Positions 62,471-64,000 of a stretch of DNA of 64,000 nucleotides are shown in pieces; the stretch's first letter is position 1, and each line of letters begins with the position of its first letter. The stretch spans positions 65,906,001 to 65,970,000 of the forward strand of contig NC_043009.1 in the NCBI RefSeq assembly GCF_006345805.1, given 5' to 3'. The stretch is from Octopus sinensis. Its lineage: Eukaryota. A model generated the notes under the pieces. It did not search any database, had not been told where the DNA came from, and saw only the letters and a list, made by a program, of their open reading frames with translations. The translations under genes were made by a program, and so were the position numbers.

Positions 62471-63561
62471 TTTAACAAGAACGATAACAACAGCAAGCAC
62501 AGCAAATCACCAGCAAGATAAATACTAAATGGATCCTAATAAAAAATTTTCAAATGAATATAGGCCTTACATTTGAATCAAACTACCATATTTGTTGGCA
62601 TACAAGACACTTTTTTAACAAAAAATTCACTTTGGTTCCTCCTACTTACAAAGTTGGGTCTGTATTTCATAATTTAATGCAATGACAACATCTTTTCCTG
62701 AATATGCGCTGCTGAAATTGGGGTATCTTTTGTGCCCTCAAGTATCTTTTGTGCCCTCAAGTTCCTAAAAGAGATTTCCTCGAGAGATGAATAATTGGTT
62801 CCTAAAGTAAGTTCAGATAAGAACTTGAAATGTTTGATTCACTCATACAACCATTTCACAGTGCCAACCTGGGCTGCAAATCCTCTGCGACAACTTTGGG
62901 CCGATAAAAGCTTTGTTTGTGAGTGAATTTTTGGGAAAGAAATTGAAAAGAAACCTGTCGTGTGTGTGTGTTTGTTTCCACTTCTGCTCACTTGTTTCAG
63001 TCACATTGAATGGTGTTATTCTTGACACGTCTACAAATATCTTGTCTGTGGGTTTCATGTCTTTGAGATAATGCCGAATAAAAGATCCTTTATTTGAAAA
63101 CAGGAAAAGATTAACACCAGGAAGATCATCTCACCGTAAAACCAATGGCTTAATAATAATATATTTGTTCAATTCATAGTATCATGGAAAAAAGGCACAA
63201 AAACAAACAAATGAATATGTGTGTATATATCATTATCATCACCATCCTCAATTAACATTTGTTTTCCATGCTGGTATGGGTAGGATGGTCTGACAGACAG
63301 GGAACTGGTGAACTGCAGGGTTGCATGGGGCTTCAATTTCATCTTTGACATGGGTTCTACAGCTGGATGCCCTTCCTAACACCAACCATTCCAAGAGTGT
63401 AACAGGTGCTTTTTATGTGCTACCAGCACAGGTATCACATCTACAATTTCCATTTGATTTTGCTCTCGACGTACTTGACTCAATAGGTCTCCTCAACCCT
63501 ATGATAAACATATATATATATGATCTCAGATCAGGTCACTTGCTATGCAAGTACATCTCCG

Positions 63562-63625
<64 letters not shown>

Positions 63626-64000
63626 GTTATGTGTGTATCTGTATATCTACATGTATGTATATATGTGTATATATTTTTATATATACTGTGTGCATGTCTA
63701 TATGTGTGTGCAACCACATATTTAAATGCTTCCCTCAGTAAAGAAGCACTTTATATAATAGCCCTGATGGAGCTGTAAAATGCCATATTGGAATTCAATT
63801 TGTGTATATTTCTACAGACAATCACACAAATATATTCAGATACATTTTTCCAGCTTACCAGTTCCAGTCAAAGCATCTGACCGATTCCAGCATGGAAAAT
63901 GGATGCTAAATGGTGACAGCGATATTTATTTATACACACATATACATCTATATTCATAGGTTTATACATGTACATCCATACATATTTAAATGTATTTATA

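Noticed and set aside
62420-62530. Hydrophobic stretch as a possible signal-peptide exon for the avidin gene
   Set aside because: No in-frame ATG or good donor, and it abuts a Penelope endonuclease remnant. The first exon is probably outside the window.

Overview
AT-rich, repeat-dense animal genomic DNA. Its SINE, LINE and microsatellite landscape looks like Octopus (inference). Almost all ORFs in the supplied track are microsatellite or transposon noise. One real gene runs on the minus strand across the whole window: an avidin/streptavidin-family gene. Four GT-AG exons (61105-61287, 21424-21504, 3223-3407, 857-917) splice in frame into one complete avidin domain that keeps the biotin-pocket residues, plus a C-terminal linker. 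The introns are 39.6, 18.0 and 2.3 kb, and both ends of the gene lie outside what I could resolve. The introns hold two large 5'-truncated RTE LINEs, fragments of R4/Dong, L1/Tx1, Penelope, Tc1 and mariner elements, two piggyBac-type MITEs, and several tRNA-derived SINE families. They also hold at least six short Penelope-type elements with minimal hammerhead ribozyme cores, four of them foldbacks. One of these joins a tRNA-like Pol III head to the hammerhead. All alignments and folds were done by eye, with no database searches. Repeat boundaries are approximate; exon boundaries were counted base by base.
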